NCBI GenBank assembly: GCA_025558095.1
Contig: JAIVFI010000013.1
Span: 695,492-759,491 of the forward strand
DNA: 64,000 nt
DNA from: Hyaloraphidium curvatum SAG 235-1
Lineage: Eukaryota; Fungi; Monoblepharomycota
Direction of reading: 5' to 3'
Position numbers and translations under genes: made by a program. Position 1 is the stretch's first letter. The number at the start of each line of letters is the position of its first letter. Positions 10,490 through 21,066 of this stretch are shown in pieces. Below the pieces are notes generated by a model. It did not search any database. It was not told where the DNA came from and worked only from the letters and a program-made list of their open reading frames with translations.

Positions 10490-12070
10490 CTATCGCCCCT
10501 TTACCCGGGGATCCAACCTCGCCCACAGCTTCCCCGCCGCGACCTTGACGGAGCTCGAGAACTTTGCCCCGTCCCAGCTCTCGAAAACCCCCTCGGCCAC
10601 CGGCCCGCACCACCCCGCGCAGTCGAACTCCGCGACCAGCCTAGCCAGCACCATCCGCATCTGCATCCGCGCCAGGCTCTGCCCGATGCAGTTCCGCGAG
10701 CCCCACGAGAAGCCGGGGAGGTGCCGCCGCACCTCGGGATCCGCGGGATCCTTCCACCCCCCGTCGCCGCCCAGCGAGGGAGGGAGGAACCTCTCCGGGC
10801 GGAACGAATCGGCGTCCGCGCCCCAGTACGATACGTCGGAGCCGATGGCCGCAGTGGAGCAGCTGATCGTCGTTCCCGCGGGGATGTGGTACCCGCCGAG
10901 CTCGACGTCCTCGGGGGCGTACCGCGCGATGAAGCTCGCGATGGGGCGCAACCGCAGGGTTTCCCAGATCACGGCGTCGAGGTACGGCAGCGACCTCAAC
11001 GCGGCGTGGTCGAGAGGTCCGGCGGCCGAGGCGGCGTCCACCTCGGCCTGCAGCCTCCGCCACACCCGCGCCCCGCGGCACATCATGAAGCCCGTGGCAA
11101 AGGAGAGGGAGGATGCGGTGGTTTCCTGCCCGGCGATGAAGAAGAGCAGGGCCTCGGCGACGACCTCGCGCTCCGAGAGGCGTTCGCCCGAATCGGCGTC
11201 GGTCGAGCTGACGAGGGCCTGCAGTAGGTCGTTCCGGAGCGGCGCCTTGCCTTCCGCGGCGGCAAGGATGCGGTCCTTTACCGTGACTTCGGCGAATGCC
11301 TGCAGCTCGGCCAAGGCCGCCCTGCATTTCGCCACGTACGGGACGAAGCCGAAGTACGAGACGTCGAGGCCGACGAGGGACAGCACGGCGCGGAGGCCGG
11401 CGTAATGGAACCCATAGGTTATGTTGCGGCCCACATGCGCGGCGGAAGGGCCGTTCCCGGCCTTTTCTGTGTCCGCGTTGTCGCCGCCGAGCAGGGCGCG
11501 GGAGTCCATGCCGAACGCGAGGCCCAGGATGACATCCAGTGTCAGGTCGTCGAACGCCTTGACCACCTCGGTCTTTCCTTTCTCGCGAATTTCGCGCGTC
11601 AAGCGGGCGACGAGATCGTCCACGTGCCCGGCAATCATCGGCTCGACTCCCTCCAACGTGGAGGGGGCGAAGGCCGGGAACACGAGCCTCCTCCTCCGCC
11701 TGTGTTCCCCCGATTTCTTGTCTAAATTCTCCATCGTGAAAACCGAGTCCAGGTCCGGGTACGGCATCCGCAGGGCGCGGAACACGGGCGGCTTGGGCAG
11801 ATCGAGCTTGACCGCCACCGCGTCGGCGAGGACGCCGTCGGCGACCATCAGCTCGCCAGGGCGCACGCGGACGAGCTTGCCGTATTTCCGCGCGGTGCGC
11901 ACCGCGTGCGCGGGGAGGTCGCCGAGGGGGAAATGGATTGCGTGCCACAGCGAGGTGAAGCGCGCGAGGACGGGGCCGGGGACGCGCGACAGGGGAGAGT
12001 GCGCCGCGGTCCACGCGTGCCACGCGATGTAGAGGAGAATGATGAGCACGAGCAGCGCCGTGAGCCCCAT
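10490..12070 (-). CDS. Cytochrome P450, intronless
   Basis: N-terminal anchor MGLTALLVLIILLY, I-helix FFIAGQETTA, ETLR, FRPERF, and heme motif GFSWGSRNCIG. Confidence 0.95.
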   Translation of the reverse strand: MGLTALLVLIILLYIAWHAWTAAHSPLSRVPGPVLARFTSLWHAIHFPLGDLPAHAVRTARKYGKLVRVRPGELMVADGVLADAVAVKLDLPKPPVFRALRMPYPDLDSVFTMENLDKKSGEHRRRRRLVFPAFAPSTLEGVEPMIAGHVDDLVARLTREIREKGKTEVVKAFDDLTLDVILGLAFGMDSRALLGGDNADTEKAGNGPSAAHVGRNITYGFHYAGLRAVLSLVGLDVSYFGFVPYVAKCRAALAELQAFAEVTVKDRILAAAEGKAPLRNDLLQALVSSTDADSGERLSEREVVAEALLFFIAGQETTASSLSFATGFMMCRGARVWRRLQAEVDAASAAGPLDHAALRSLPYLDAVIWETLRLRPIASFIARYAPEDVELGGYHIPAGTTISCSTAAIGSDVSYWGADADSFRPERFLPPSLGGDGGWKDPADPEVRRHLPGFSWGSRNCIGQSLARMQMRMVLARLVAEFDCAGWCGPVAEGVFESWDGAKFSSSVKVAAGKLWARLDPRVKGR

Positions 12071-12209
12071 CGAAGCTACGGGCGAAGGAAATGTCGGCGG
12101 GGGAATACAAAGGCGACCTCGAAGAGGCAGCCGCACACAGCAACCAAACAACGCGCGACGCCCGCGTTCATCAACGTGATCCGCGTCATCGAGTCGCTGA
12201 GGTGTTCCA

Positions 12210-12731
12210 TTACTTGAAAGCAAACTGCGGAAGGATCCACCGCCCGTTCTGATCGCCCATGACTGTCACGTACAAGCTCCTCTCCCCCGCACCAGCGGAC
12301 GCGTCGAGCAGCGGCTGGTACGCCGGATCGCCCGGCACCCTGAGGTCGTCGACCACGTTTCCGCTGTCGAGATCCAGCAGGGTCACCAGGTTGTTGTCCG
12401 CGGCGTTGATTTCGACAAGCTGGTATTCCTTCGGATGGCCGTCGCGTCGATCCTCGCTCGGCAGCGGAGCGACGGGGCAGGCACACACTTTCCGCGTCAC
12501 GATGGGGACGAGCACTTCCTGGCCCGCATCAAATTCTTCGATGATCACCTGCCCCGATTGCAGCTGAAGACGGCCCACCGTGGGTCCGGTGCACCGCTTC
12601 CGGCCGGTTCCGCTACTGATCTTCACCTTGCCCTCTCCGGCGGTCTCGACTTCATCGATCCTGCAAGATACATCGCCGTTCAGCAGGGCCCAGCCGCCGG
12701 GTCGGAGCGACGAGGCCGGCTGGGTCGCCAT
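12210..12731 (-). CDS. eIF5A-like protein lacking the hypusine loop (copy A)
   Basis: ASSLRPGGWALLNGDVSCRI...VPIVTRK|EYQLVEI...LLDLDSGNVVDDLRVP...LYVTVM aligns along eIF5A. There is no SKTGKHGHAK. Confidence 0.8.
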   Translation of the reverse strand: MATQPASSLRPGGWALLNGDVSCRIDEVETAGEGKVKISSGTGRKRCTGPTVGRLQLQSGQVIIEEFDAGQEVLVPIVTRKVCACPVAPLPSEDRRDGHPKEYQLVEINAADNNLVTLLDLDSGNVVDDLRVPGDPAYQPLLDASAGAGERSLYVTVMGDQNGRWILPQFAFK

Positions 12732-12951
12732 GGATTGCTCGCGTTCCGCGCTTTTTGAGACAGGCGGAGGAACGACGTCGATCGCGACCGATCGCGTTGA
12801 ACAGAGGTGCATGCTGCTCAGGATGAGAGGACTCGCGGATGCAATTGAGTAGAAATGTGATTCTCCTTCGAAGCACGCTCTGGGTCGTCTGCAGGCCAAC
12901 GCGTGCGATCCATCCGCGCGGTCCGCGGTGTCGTGTCGCTGCAGCACCCCT

Positions 12952-13485
12952 CTACTTAAGCAAGAACTGCGGCAGGATCCACCGCGCTTTCTGGTCGCTC
13001 ATCACCGTCACAAACACGTTCCTTTCCCCCGCGCCGCCATACCCGTCTACCAGCGGCTGGTAGGCGGGGTCGCCCGGCACCCTCAGGTCGTCGACGATGT
13101 CGCCGTTCTCGGGGTCCATCAGGGTCGCGAGGTTGCCGTCGTCGGCGTTGATGTCGGTCAGCTGGTAATCCTTAGGAGTGGAATCTACGCGTCGGTCGCG
13201 GCGCGGCCGGGGAGGAGGTAGCACCCACGGTCCGCGTCACGATGGGAACGGGCACATCCTCCCCCTCATCGAATTCCGCGCTCTGCTCCTGCCCCGATTG
13301 CAGCTGATGACGGCCGACCCTTAGCTCGTCGGCCCATGTCCCCGTCGGGCGCGCGGACCCACGCCGGTGCCGGTGACCTTCAGCCTGCCCTCCCCGGCGG
13401 GCTCGACGCCGGTGATCTTGCACGACATGTCGTTCAGCGTGACGTAGCCGCCGCGTCGGAGCGAGGAGGCTGGCTCGGTGGTCAT
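12952..13485 (-). CDS. eIF5A-like protein lacking the hypusine loop (copy B)
   Basis: Two GTGGGT..AG introns give MTTEPASSLRRGGYVTLNDMSCKITGVEPAGEGRLKVTGTGLQSGQEQSAEFDEGEDVPVPIVTRTDYQLTDINADDGNLATLMDPENGDIVDDLRVPGD...VFVTVMSDQKARWILPQFLLK. Confidence 0.85.
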
Positions 13486-13713
13486 TTCTGGGAGGGACGC
13501 GTTCGCGTGCTTTTGAGACGGGCCGAGTGGCTGCTGCGGATGCAGATACCGAGGACCATGTGAATCATGTCGACCCGCAAGAGAACATGATTGCGAAGAA
13601 GAGGAACTTGCAGAGTCTCAGGGATTGAGCACTCGAAGGCCAGACGGGTTGCAGCGAGGGGAACGTTGGGTCGCGGCGAAAGTGGCCTTCGATTGACGAT
13701 CCTCCGGGACGCT

Positions 13714-14867
13714 TCACATCGCAGGCCCCAAATCGATGGTCGCGTACGACGCCTGCGCGACCGCCAGCACCGTCCCCTCCGCATCCGTGACCTCGGCTTC
13801 CACCGAGACCCGCCTGCCCGCCGAACCCGTCGCCTTTGCTGTCGTGCGCATCCAGCCCGAGCGGAAGGCCGAGCCGGCGGGAGTGAATGCGAGGCGGAGC
13901 GACGCGGTGCCGGCCATCTTGCGGGACGAGGTGATGGCGGCGAGGGCGATCCAGGCGCTGCGGGAAAGCGGATCGGATCACGGACCGTTGCGGCGCCCTT
14001 TGAGGGGACCCACTCCACGAGGGTGAACAATACAGCAGGATGCAGCCAGCCATCCGCCGCGAGCAGCTCCGAGCTGTCGACTCCGTGCCATGCTTCCAAG
14101 CCCGCCGGCGACGCCACGGACGCCGCGCGGCGGTAGAGCCTCCCCTCGCGCCGCGAAACCCAGACGAATCGGGCGCCCGAGACCATTTCGGGGAGGTCCG
14201 CCGTGCGCGGGTCGGCGGGGGGTTGGAGCTGCAGCCAGACGATGGGGAGGCCGGCGGAGATGGAGGATAGGAGGGAGGAGTCGGTGCCCGCGGTGGCGAT
14301 TCCGCCGTGCTGGGATACCAGAGCCCGCAGACCGTCGGGTATCGGGTCCAGGGGATCTGCAGATGGGCCCGGGTGCCGCAGTTCCTGCCCCGAGTGATCC
14401 TCTGCGGGGCCCCAGGTGGTCTCGACGACGACAAGGTCCCTGTCCTTCTCGCGGTCCCGCAGCACCGCCCGCCATCGTCCTCCCCCCTCCGCGCCCCCGA
14501 GCCGCGAGCAGCCGACCTCGATCCACCCGGGCAGCGGCACCGGCCTCGCGTACCGCACATCGACCTCCCTCAGCACCAATCCGCCCCGCCCGCCCTGCGA
14601 CGCCAGCACCTTGGCCACGTCCGCGCCGATGGCCATCGCCGCCCCGCCGTGCATCAGCGCCCGCGTGCCGCCCATCCCGCCGCCCAGCAACGGGCCGCAG
14701 AGCACCGCCGTGCGGCCGCCCGAGGACACGACGAACCGCGCCGCGCCCGTGGGATGGCGGAGCGCGGGCCACAGGGGAAGAGGCCCGAGGCCGGATGCGG
14801 AGTCGGCGAGGAGGGGGCCATAAGTGCCGGAAAGGATGTCGGAGACCCAGGGAGGAGGATCGCTCAT
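13714..14867 (-). CDS. Double hotdog-fold thioesterase-like protein
   Basis: First domain MHGGAAMAIGAD...VDVRYARPVP. Second domain DGWLHPAVLF...TASLRLAF...VEAEVTDAEGTVLAVAQASY. One intron near 13960-14012. Confidence 0.65.
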
Positions 14868-15449
14868 CGCGCTGTTGTGCGTGGAACGTTCCGTGGAAGG
14901 GTCGCGGGCGGGGTGTCCCCCAGGCGTCCATGGACGCGTCCGATACGACCTCCCGGGTCCCGGATGTGACACCCGCGACGTGTCTTCTAGCGGACGCCGA
15001 ATGCCAGGGTGCGGCGATTGGCTCCGGCGTCGGGGATGGAGCCGACGGCGTGCTTGAAATCCGTGGCGGCGGGCAAGAGACCACGTTGAAGCGAACGCGA
15101 GCCAAGAACATCCGTTGCGAAGAATCCGATCCCGCATGAAGCTCGGCGTGGAGACGGAGAGGAGAAAAGTGCTATCGACTTCTGCTATGGGAGGGGTCGC
15201 CAAAATCCGAGGGGGCCACAGTCAAAGAAAAGTCACAGGACGACATGTCAATTGCTGCCAGGCTTTGGATCGCGAGGAGGGGAAAGAGGTACAGCAACGA
15301 AGAAAGACTGTTGCTGCCGGGCGGATTCCGAGCGAGCCAGAGCGACGACCGATCCTTCCGCTCCCCCGGGCCCTGGGCGCGCAACGCCAGGTCAGCGCAC
15401 GTCCACCCGCCCTCCGCGCCCGCCCCGCAATCCCGCGACCCGCGCCGCG

Positions 15450-16610
15450 ATGCCCCGCGCCGCGCTCGCCCTCCTCGCTTTCGCGCTGCTCTCGGCGTCC
15501 GCCGCCGCGTCCGCCGCCGCGCTCCCCGGCGGCGCGTCGCTCTCCTCCCCCGCCCAACACCCGCTGCTCCCCTCCTCCGTCGACGCGGAGAAGAAGAAGA
15601 AGAAGGACCCCAAACCCCCGAAGCTCCCTAAGCACTGCTCCCCCGTCGAGCTCCCGATCCCCAAGGGCATCGAGCCCTCGGGCTCGGTGTTCCACGACGG
15701 CACGCTGTGGATCGTCAGCGACAACTCGCAGCTCCTTTCGATGACCGAGGACGGCAGGGAGCAGCAAGTGTACAGGGTCGGGGAGGGGAAGAACGCGTAC
15801 GACCTCGAGAGCGTGGCGCACGTGCTCGCAAGGCCGGAGTTCCTCTACCTGGGCGTGGAGGCGCCGCAGGCGATACTCGAGTACCACATCCCCACGCGGT
15901 CCATCAGGAGGACGTGGGATCTGAGCGGGGCGTTCGACGACCTGCCCGAGAACGCGGGGATGGAGGCGCTGGGGTACGTCAAGACAAACAGGAGCGCGAC
16001 CGGGGGATATTTCTTCGCGGGCTGCCAGCACGACGCGCGGATCTTTGTGTTTTCGGTGGACCTGGCGGCCGAGGGGGTGGTCCCGCCGGTGCTCGTGGCC
16101 GTGTGGGTCCTGCCGGGCGGCCGCGGATCGTCGAAGCGTCCCTGACCCACGGAACAGGATCACCGACCATCCCGGTCCCGACTACGACATCTCCGACATC
16201 GCCGTGACCAAGCACCAGCTCTTCCTGCTCTTCGACAAGGCCAAGCTGATGGTCCAGCTCGACCTCAACTCGCACGAGAAGCTCCTCCTGCCGCGGACCA
16301 ACGGCGAGAGCCCGCAGCTGCCCGTCAGGATCTCCGCGGCCAACGCGACCCACGCGCACTTCGAGTTCCCGACGAGGGGCCAGGAGGGGGTGGCGTTTTC
16401 CGAGACGCACGCGTTCTTCTCCGTCGGTGGGTCCCTCGCCCGTCTTCCTTGGCCCGTCTCGACGGGGTTGACCATCACCCGGGGGGCACAGATTACGGCG
16501 ACGACCAGTCCGTCCTGCGGTACGACTTCGAGCAGATGGCGAGCTGCTTCAAGAAGCACGGCAAGGACGGGGACGGCGGGGGCAGCGGCGGGGAGGAGGA
16601 GGAGGACTGA
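15450..16610 (+). CDS. Secreted beta-propeller protein (SdiA-regulated/YjiK-like)
   Basis: Signal peptide MPRAALALLAFALL. Repeated blade motifs EPSG, LWIVSDN, DLESV, GMEALGY, DISDIAV and GQEGVAF. Two introns. Confidence 0.65.
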
Positions 16611-16796
16611 GTTGATGTTGCGGTGTCTTGGGATTTGGCACGATGGAGACCCGCATTTTGTAGCCGGAAACAAAGAATACTGAAGGCAGGATGTCGTGGG
16701 TCCCGGAAAGCATCCCGGACGGCGCAATCCCTTTCCGCACGGCCGCCCCATCCGGACGCGTGACTCCGATTTCGTCTCCCCGCACACTGAGCCGCA

Positions 16797-18042
16797 ATGA
16801 GCTCTCCGCCGTCGTTCTTTTCCGCGTCGGGCGTCGCGTTCGACCCGGTTCTGCCTGCGGGCCTGCCGCAACTGCCAGCCGATGCCGTCCCGGCGGCCCG
16901 CCCGACGGTCCTCGGCGGCGCACACGTCGAGCACCCGCACCACTTCGTGCACGCGAGCCACGCCGGCGCGAAGCATGGCCACCCTCCCGGGGGCAGCGGA
17001 CACGTCGCCGGGCCGGGACAGCCGTCCCCGGGCAGCTCGCCCCCGCGCCACGCGCACCACCCGCCGCTGGTCAACCACGCGCACAGGACGCTGACGCTGC
17101 ACCTGCAGCAGCGCCACCGCGCGGAGGAGCGCGCGCTGGAAAGGGAGTCGCGCAACGACCTGGTCAGGGAGCGGCGGGGCGTGCGCGGCGTCGCCGAACC
17201 CCTGTCCGCCACCCTGCCCAGGAGGATGCCGTCGCCGCCGCCCGCGATCGGCGACCCGTTCGCGCGGCTGTCGCACTCGCTGCACTCGGCGCGCCGCTTC
17301 TCGGCCGGCCCACCCGCGCTGGTCCTCACCCCGCCGTCCCCCGACGCCCCGCGCCCGCGCGAGCGGCGCAGGTCCCTGCCCCCGGACTTCTCCTTCCCAC
17401 TCATGTCCCCAACCTCCCCCGTGCTCGCGACCCCCCGCGATGCAGCCACCCTCTTCGACATCCCCGAGCGGCGGCCGCCGCCCGCGCAGCACCACGAGCA
17501 CGCCAAGAGGGGCGATGCGGGGAGGATGCTGGCGGCTCTGTTCCGCGGGCCGAGGGAGAGGGAGCACATGGCGCGGAGGGGGCTCGGGGGTACGAGCATG
17601 GATTTGGACGAGGGGGGGGACGGGGTGATGAGCGTCGAGTTTGCGGGGGGCGGGATGACGAGGGAGCAGGTGGGTCGCGGACGGGCTGCGTCGGTCGTCT
17701 ACACGTCTGACAACTCGTTCATCGGGTGACCCACAGGCGCTGCAAGCTGTCGACCGCCTCATCCAAACACACCTCATCCTCCCGCGCCTCCTCTCCCTGC
17801 ACCCCGCCCTCGCCTCCCACCTCTCCTCCGGCACCCGCCTCCTCCTCCCCGACATGACCCCCCTCCTCCTGGACCGCGTCCCCCCCGACGCGCTGCCCGA
17901 GGTCCCCCTGCTCATCCCGTCGCCGCAGGTGGGGCCGGGGGGCGAGCTGGTGCTCCCGCAGCTGGAGGCGTGCGTGCCCGCCGAGGTGCTCGAGAGGCTG
18001 AGGGGGCTGGCGTGGGAGGCGTTGGCGGCCGGCGTGGCATGA
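16797..18042 (+). CDS. Hypothetical protein
   Basis: Long Pro/His-rich ORF joined by an intron (~17670-17736) to an exon ending ...AWEALAAGVA*. Confidence 0.55.
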
Positions 18043-18187
18043 CCGCGGACCCGGGAAACGATTCTTGTGTACACTGCGCGAATACCCTTTCCGTTCCCGT
18101 GCGGGCTCCCGGGGCCGATCTGGCGACGCGGGGTGCGATCGCCGCGCCGCTGCCCCGGAACCCCGCATCCCGGCGCCCTTCCCCGCC

Positions 18188-18723
18188 ATGTCCCTCCCCT
18201 CCTACGCCCGCCTCCTCTTCGGCGTGCTCGAGCCCGCCAGCAACCTCGTCGGCGCCGTCGCGGGCCTCGCGCGGCCGCGGTGGTTCGCGACCGAGGGCCT
18301 CTGGCCGACGTCGCCGCCGCCCGCCGCGTCGGGCGCGGGCGAGCTGGTGGACCACATGGCGAGGATGGTTCGTCGCCCGCTTCGGATCGACGCGTTTCGT
18401 GGCTTCTGATGCGCGTACCGAATGGATTGTTCGACGGCCTGTACCCGCGACGCGTCCCGCAGTACGCCATCCCCCTCATCCCCCTGATCGGCACCTTCCT
18501 CGCCCTCTTCTCCACCGACCGCCCACCCGCCGAACAGGCCGCGCTCGCCCCTGCGCGGCGCCTGGTGATCCAGGTGCTCCTGTTCGGGGACCTCGTGCAC
18601 GTGGCCAACTGGTTCTACCCCGCCCGGAACGGGGGAACGATCAACAGGGCAGGGTTCGCGGGGAACGTGGTGTTTACGGGGGTGCTGATGGTGGGGAGGG
18701 TGGCGTATCTCGCGGGGTACTAG
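18188..18723 (+). CDS. Small multi-pass membrane protein
   Basis: MSLPSYARLLFGVLEP...; one intron; QVLLFGDLVHV; hydrophobic C-terminus. Confidence 0.65.
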
Positions 18724-18984
18724 GGCGCCCCGTTCGTGGCCCGATCCGAGGTCCCCCGCTCCGCCGCAGCTGGCATCCGGCAACGTCGGCCCGCCTGCCG
18801 CTCCGGCAATGACTTTTACGTGTACTTAAAACAGGTTGGACTACAGCTACTCTAGGTCGACGCAGCCTATGCTACTTGTAGAATACGCGAACCTGCCGCC
18901 CGGGCACCCTTCCAATAGATCCCAATACCGCAATCTCCGCTCGGGAAGCTCACCCAGAACACCACAACGACTCGCTCAGGAGGC

Positions 18985-20730
18985 TCAGAAGGCGGCGACG
19001 GCGGCCAGCACCGCCGCGAACCCGGCCGCCGCGACGCCGCCGCCGATCCTGCCGGCCGAGGCGGGGCGTGAGGTGGTCGCGACGGTCGTGGGGGCGGCGG
19101 TCGTCACGGTGCTCGCGGCGGCGGTGGTGCTCGTTCCGGCGGCGGAAACCGTGGTGCTGGCGGCACTGGTGACGGCGCTCGCGGTCGCGGAGCCGGTTCC
19201 GGTGGCGGTGGGAACGACGGTCGCCTGCACGGGCGCGGGTCAGCTGCCTGGGAACGGAAGGCGATCGGGGGACCCACGGTCGCGGTGGCGGTGGCGGTGG
19301 TGCCGCCGAGGAAGCCCGGGGGGATGAGGACGGCGTCGATGACGTGGATCTGCGGGGGCGGCGTCAGCGCGGGCCGTCAGGGAGGGGTCCCCGCCCGCCC
19401 GCGGAACCCACCACCCCGTTGCAGGTGCCGATGTTGGGCTGGATCACCCTGGCATTGTAGGGCGCGGTGCCGACGACGACGCCGGAGTCGGTGTTGGACA
19501 CGGCGAGCGACTGGTTGGTCAGCAGCGTGGGCAGGGAGAAGTTGCCGGCGGGGAGCTCGGTGGAGAAGGCGACGGCGGGGACCACGTGGTACGAGAGGAC
19601 GGCCTGGATGAGCTCGTTGGTGACGTTGACGCCGCTGGCCTGGAGGGAGGCGAGGGCGGTGGCGAAGGCTTCGGTCGTCGGGGCGAAGCTGGCAGTTCAC
19701 GATCGGATCAGCATGATGCTCGGGGCAGGAGATCGTCCGCAAAACGCCCACATCGTCGCGTTCGGCAGGGTGTCGACGACGCTGGACAGGTTCTGCGAGG
19801 TGATGGCCTGCAGCAGCCCCGCGAACTCGGGCCCCCCGAGCCTGGCGGTGTCGGTCGGGCACAGCGGCGGGAGCACGACGCTGTCGACGACGTTGATCTG
19901 CGCCGTGTCGGTGGGGATGAAATCGACCACCGTGGCGGCGGGGTACAGGTTGTTCTTGATCTCGACGCCGTTGGAGTAGTCGACGAAGGAGCGCTGCGGG
20001 TTTTGCTGCCGGGGGGCGGGATCAGGCGGTGCTTGTGTACGCCGCGGGGGAGCGATCCCACCGTCGTGAGCTTCGAGGGGTCCGAGGAGTTGAGGAACGA
20101 CGGGATCAGGGCCTGCCCGCCGGCGAACGGTCCGTACACGTGGAACTTGAGGATGCCGTTGAGCACGGCGGGGCTCGTGAGGTTGACGTCGGTGATGTTG
20201 GCGGCGGCCAGCTGGGCGGGGACATTCGTGAGGGCATCGGCAAAAGCGGCGTCGGTAGGAGCAAAGAGGGTGTTGCCGCGGACGAGGAGCTGGGCAGGGC
20301 GGGAACGATCCAGTGTCGGTTGAGGTAAGGCGGCGGCGCCACCGCGCAACGGCACCGCGGACCCGCGCCGGAATCGGCCGTGCGGAAACCCGAGATCGCG
20401 CGCCACGCGCGGATCACACGCGTCCGCCCACGCCCCGGGGCCGCGATCCGACGCGGCGATGGACATCCGCGGCGCACAGCCATCGACCCACGGGAAGCAC
20501 GTCGGGGAACTGCAGCCCCAGGCCGACGAGCGTCGACAGGTTGTACGGCTTGGAAATGTTGCCTGCGGCGCGATCGGCTCGGATTCAGGCGCCCATCCGC
20601 GCGGCAAGGAAGGCGGCGCGGACCCACCGCTCGCGATCCCGAGGAGCGTCTCCACGGCCGTGGCCGCTTCGGCGGAGGAGGCGGCGCCGAGCGCGAAAAG
20701 CGCGGAGGCAACAAACGCGGCGAATTTCAT
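18985..20730 (-). CDS. Secreted, probably GPI-anchored fasciclin (2x FAS1) protein, copy 1
   Basis: Signal MKFAAFVASALFALG; TLFAPTDAAF; ILKFHV; FAPTTEAF; LSYHVVP; CNGVIHVIDAVLIP; Ser/Thr-rich stalk and hydrophobic tail; many introns. Confidence 0.9.
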
Positions 20731-21066
20731 CGTGGCGGGGCGCGGCGCGGAGTCTTGGTGGCGATGGCGCGTGGGGAAGATGTGCGGCTCGCGGAAATTC
20801 GCGGGTGCTCCCCAGCCCATTCGGCGATCCCAACCTGCGCCATTCACCCAGAGTCAGTCTGGGACCTCATCGTGGGCTACTTCGCCCCGATCTCCGCCGA
20901 GATGCTTTCGAGAAAGCGTGTTACTGTTACAGACGTTGACTAAGGCAGCTAGAGACTAGTGTAGGTCGTTTTGATCAGCCTCGAACCGTCTCGGGCCAGA
21001 TGTCTTCCAAACAATGCCCCAATAGATCCTCCGGAATATGGCGTTCGTCGACAAAGGCATGCCCGC

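Noticed and set aside
2912-12070. Bioluminescence cluster (luciferase-like gene plus P450)
   Set aside because: No hispidin synthase PKS, H3H or caffeoylpyruvate hydrolase is present, and the P450 is about 7 kb away behind unrelated genes.
12210-13485. Calling the pair HEX-1 or canonical eIF5A
   Set aside because: There is no C-terminal PTS1 and no hypusine motif.
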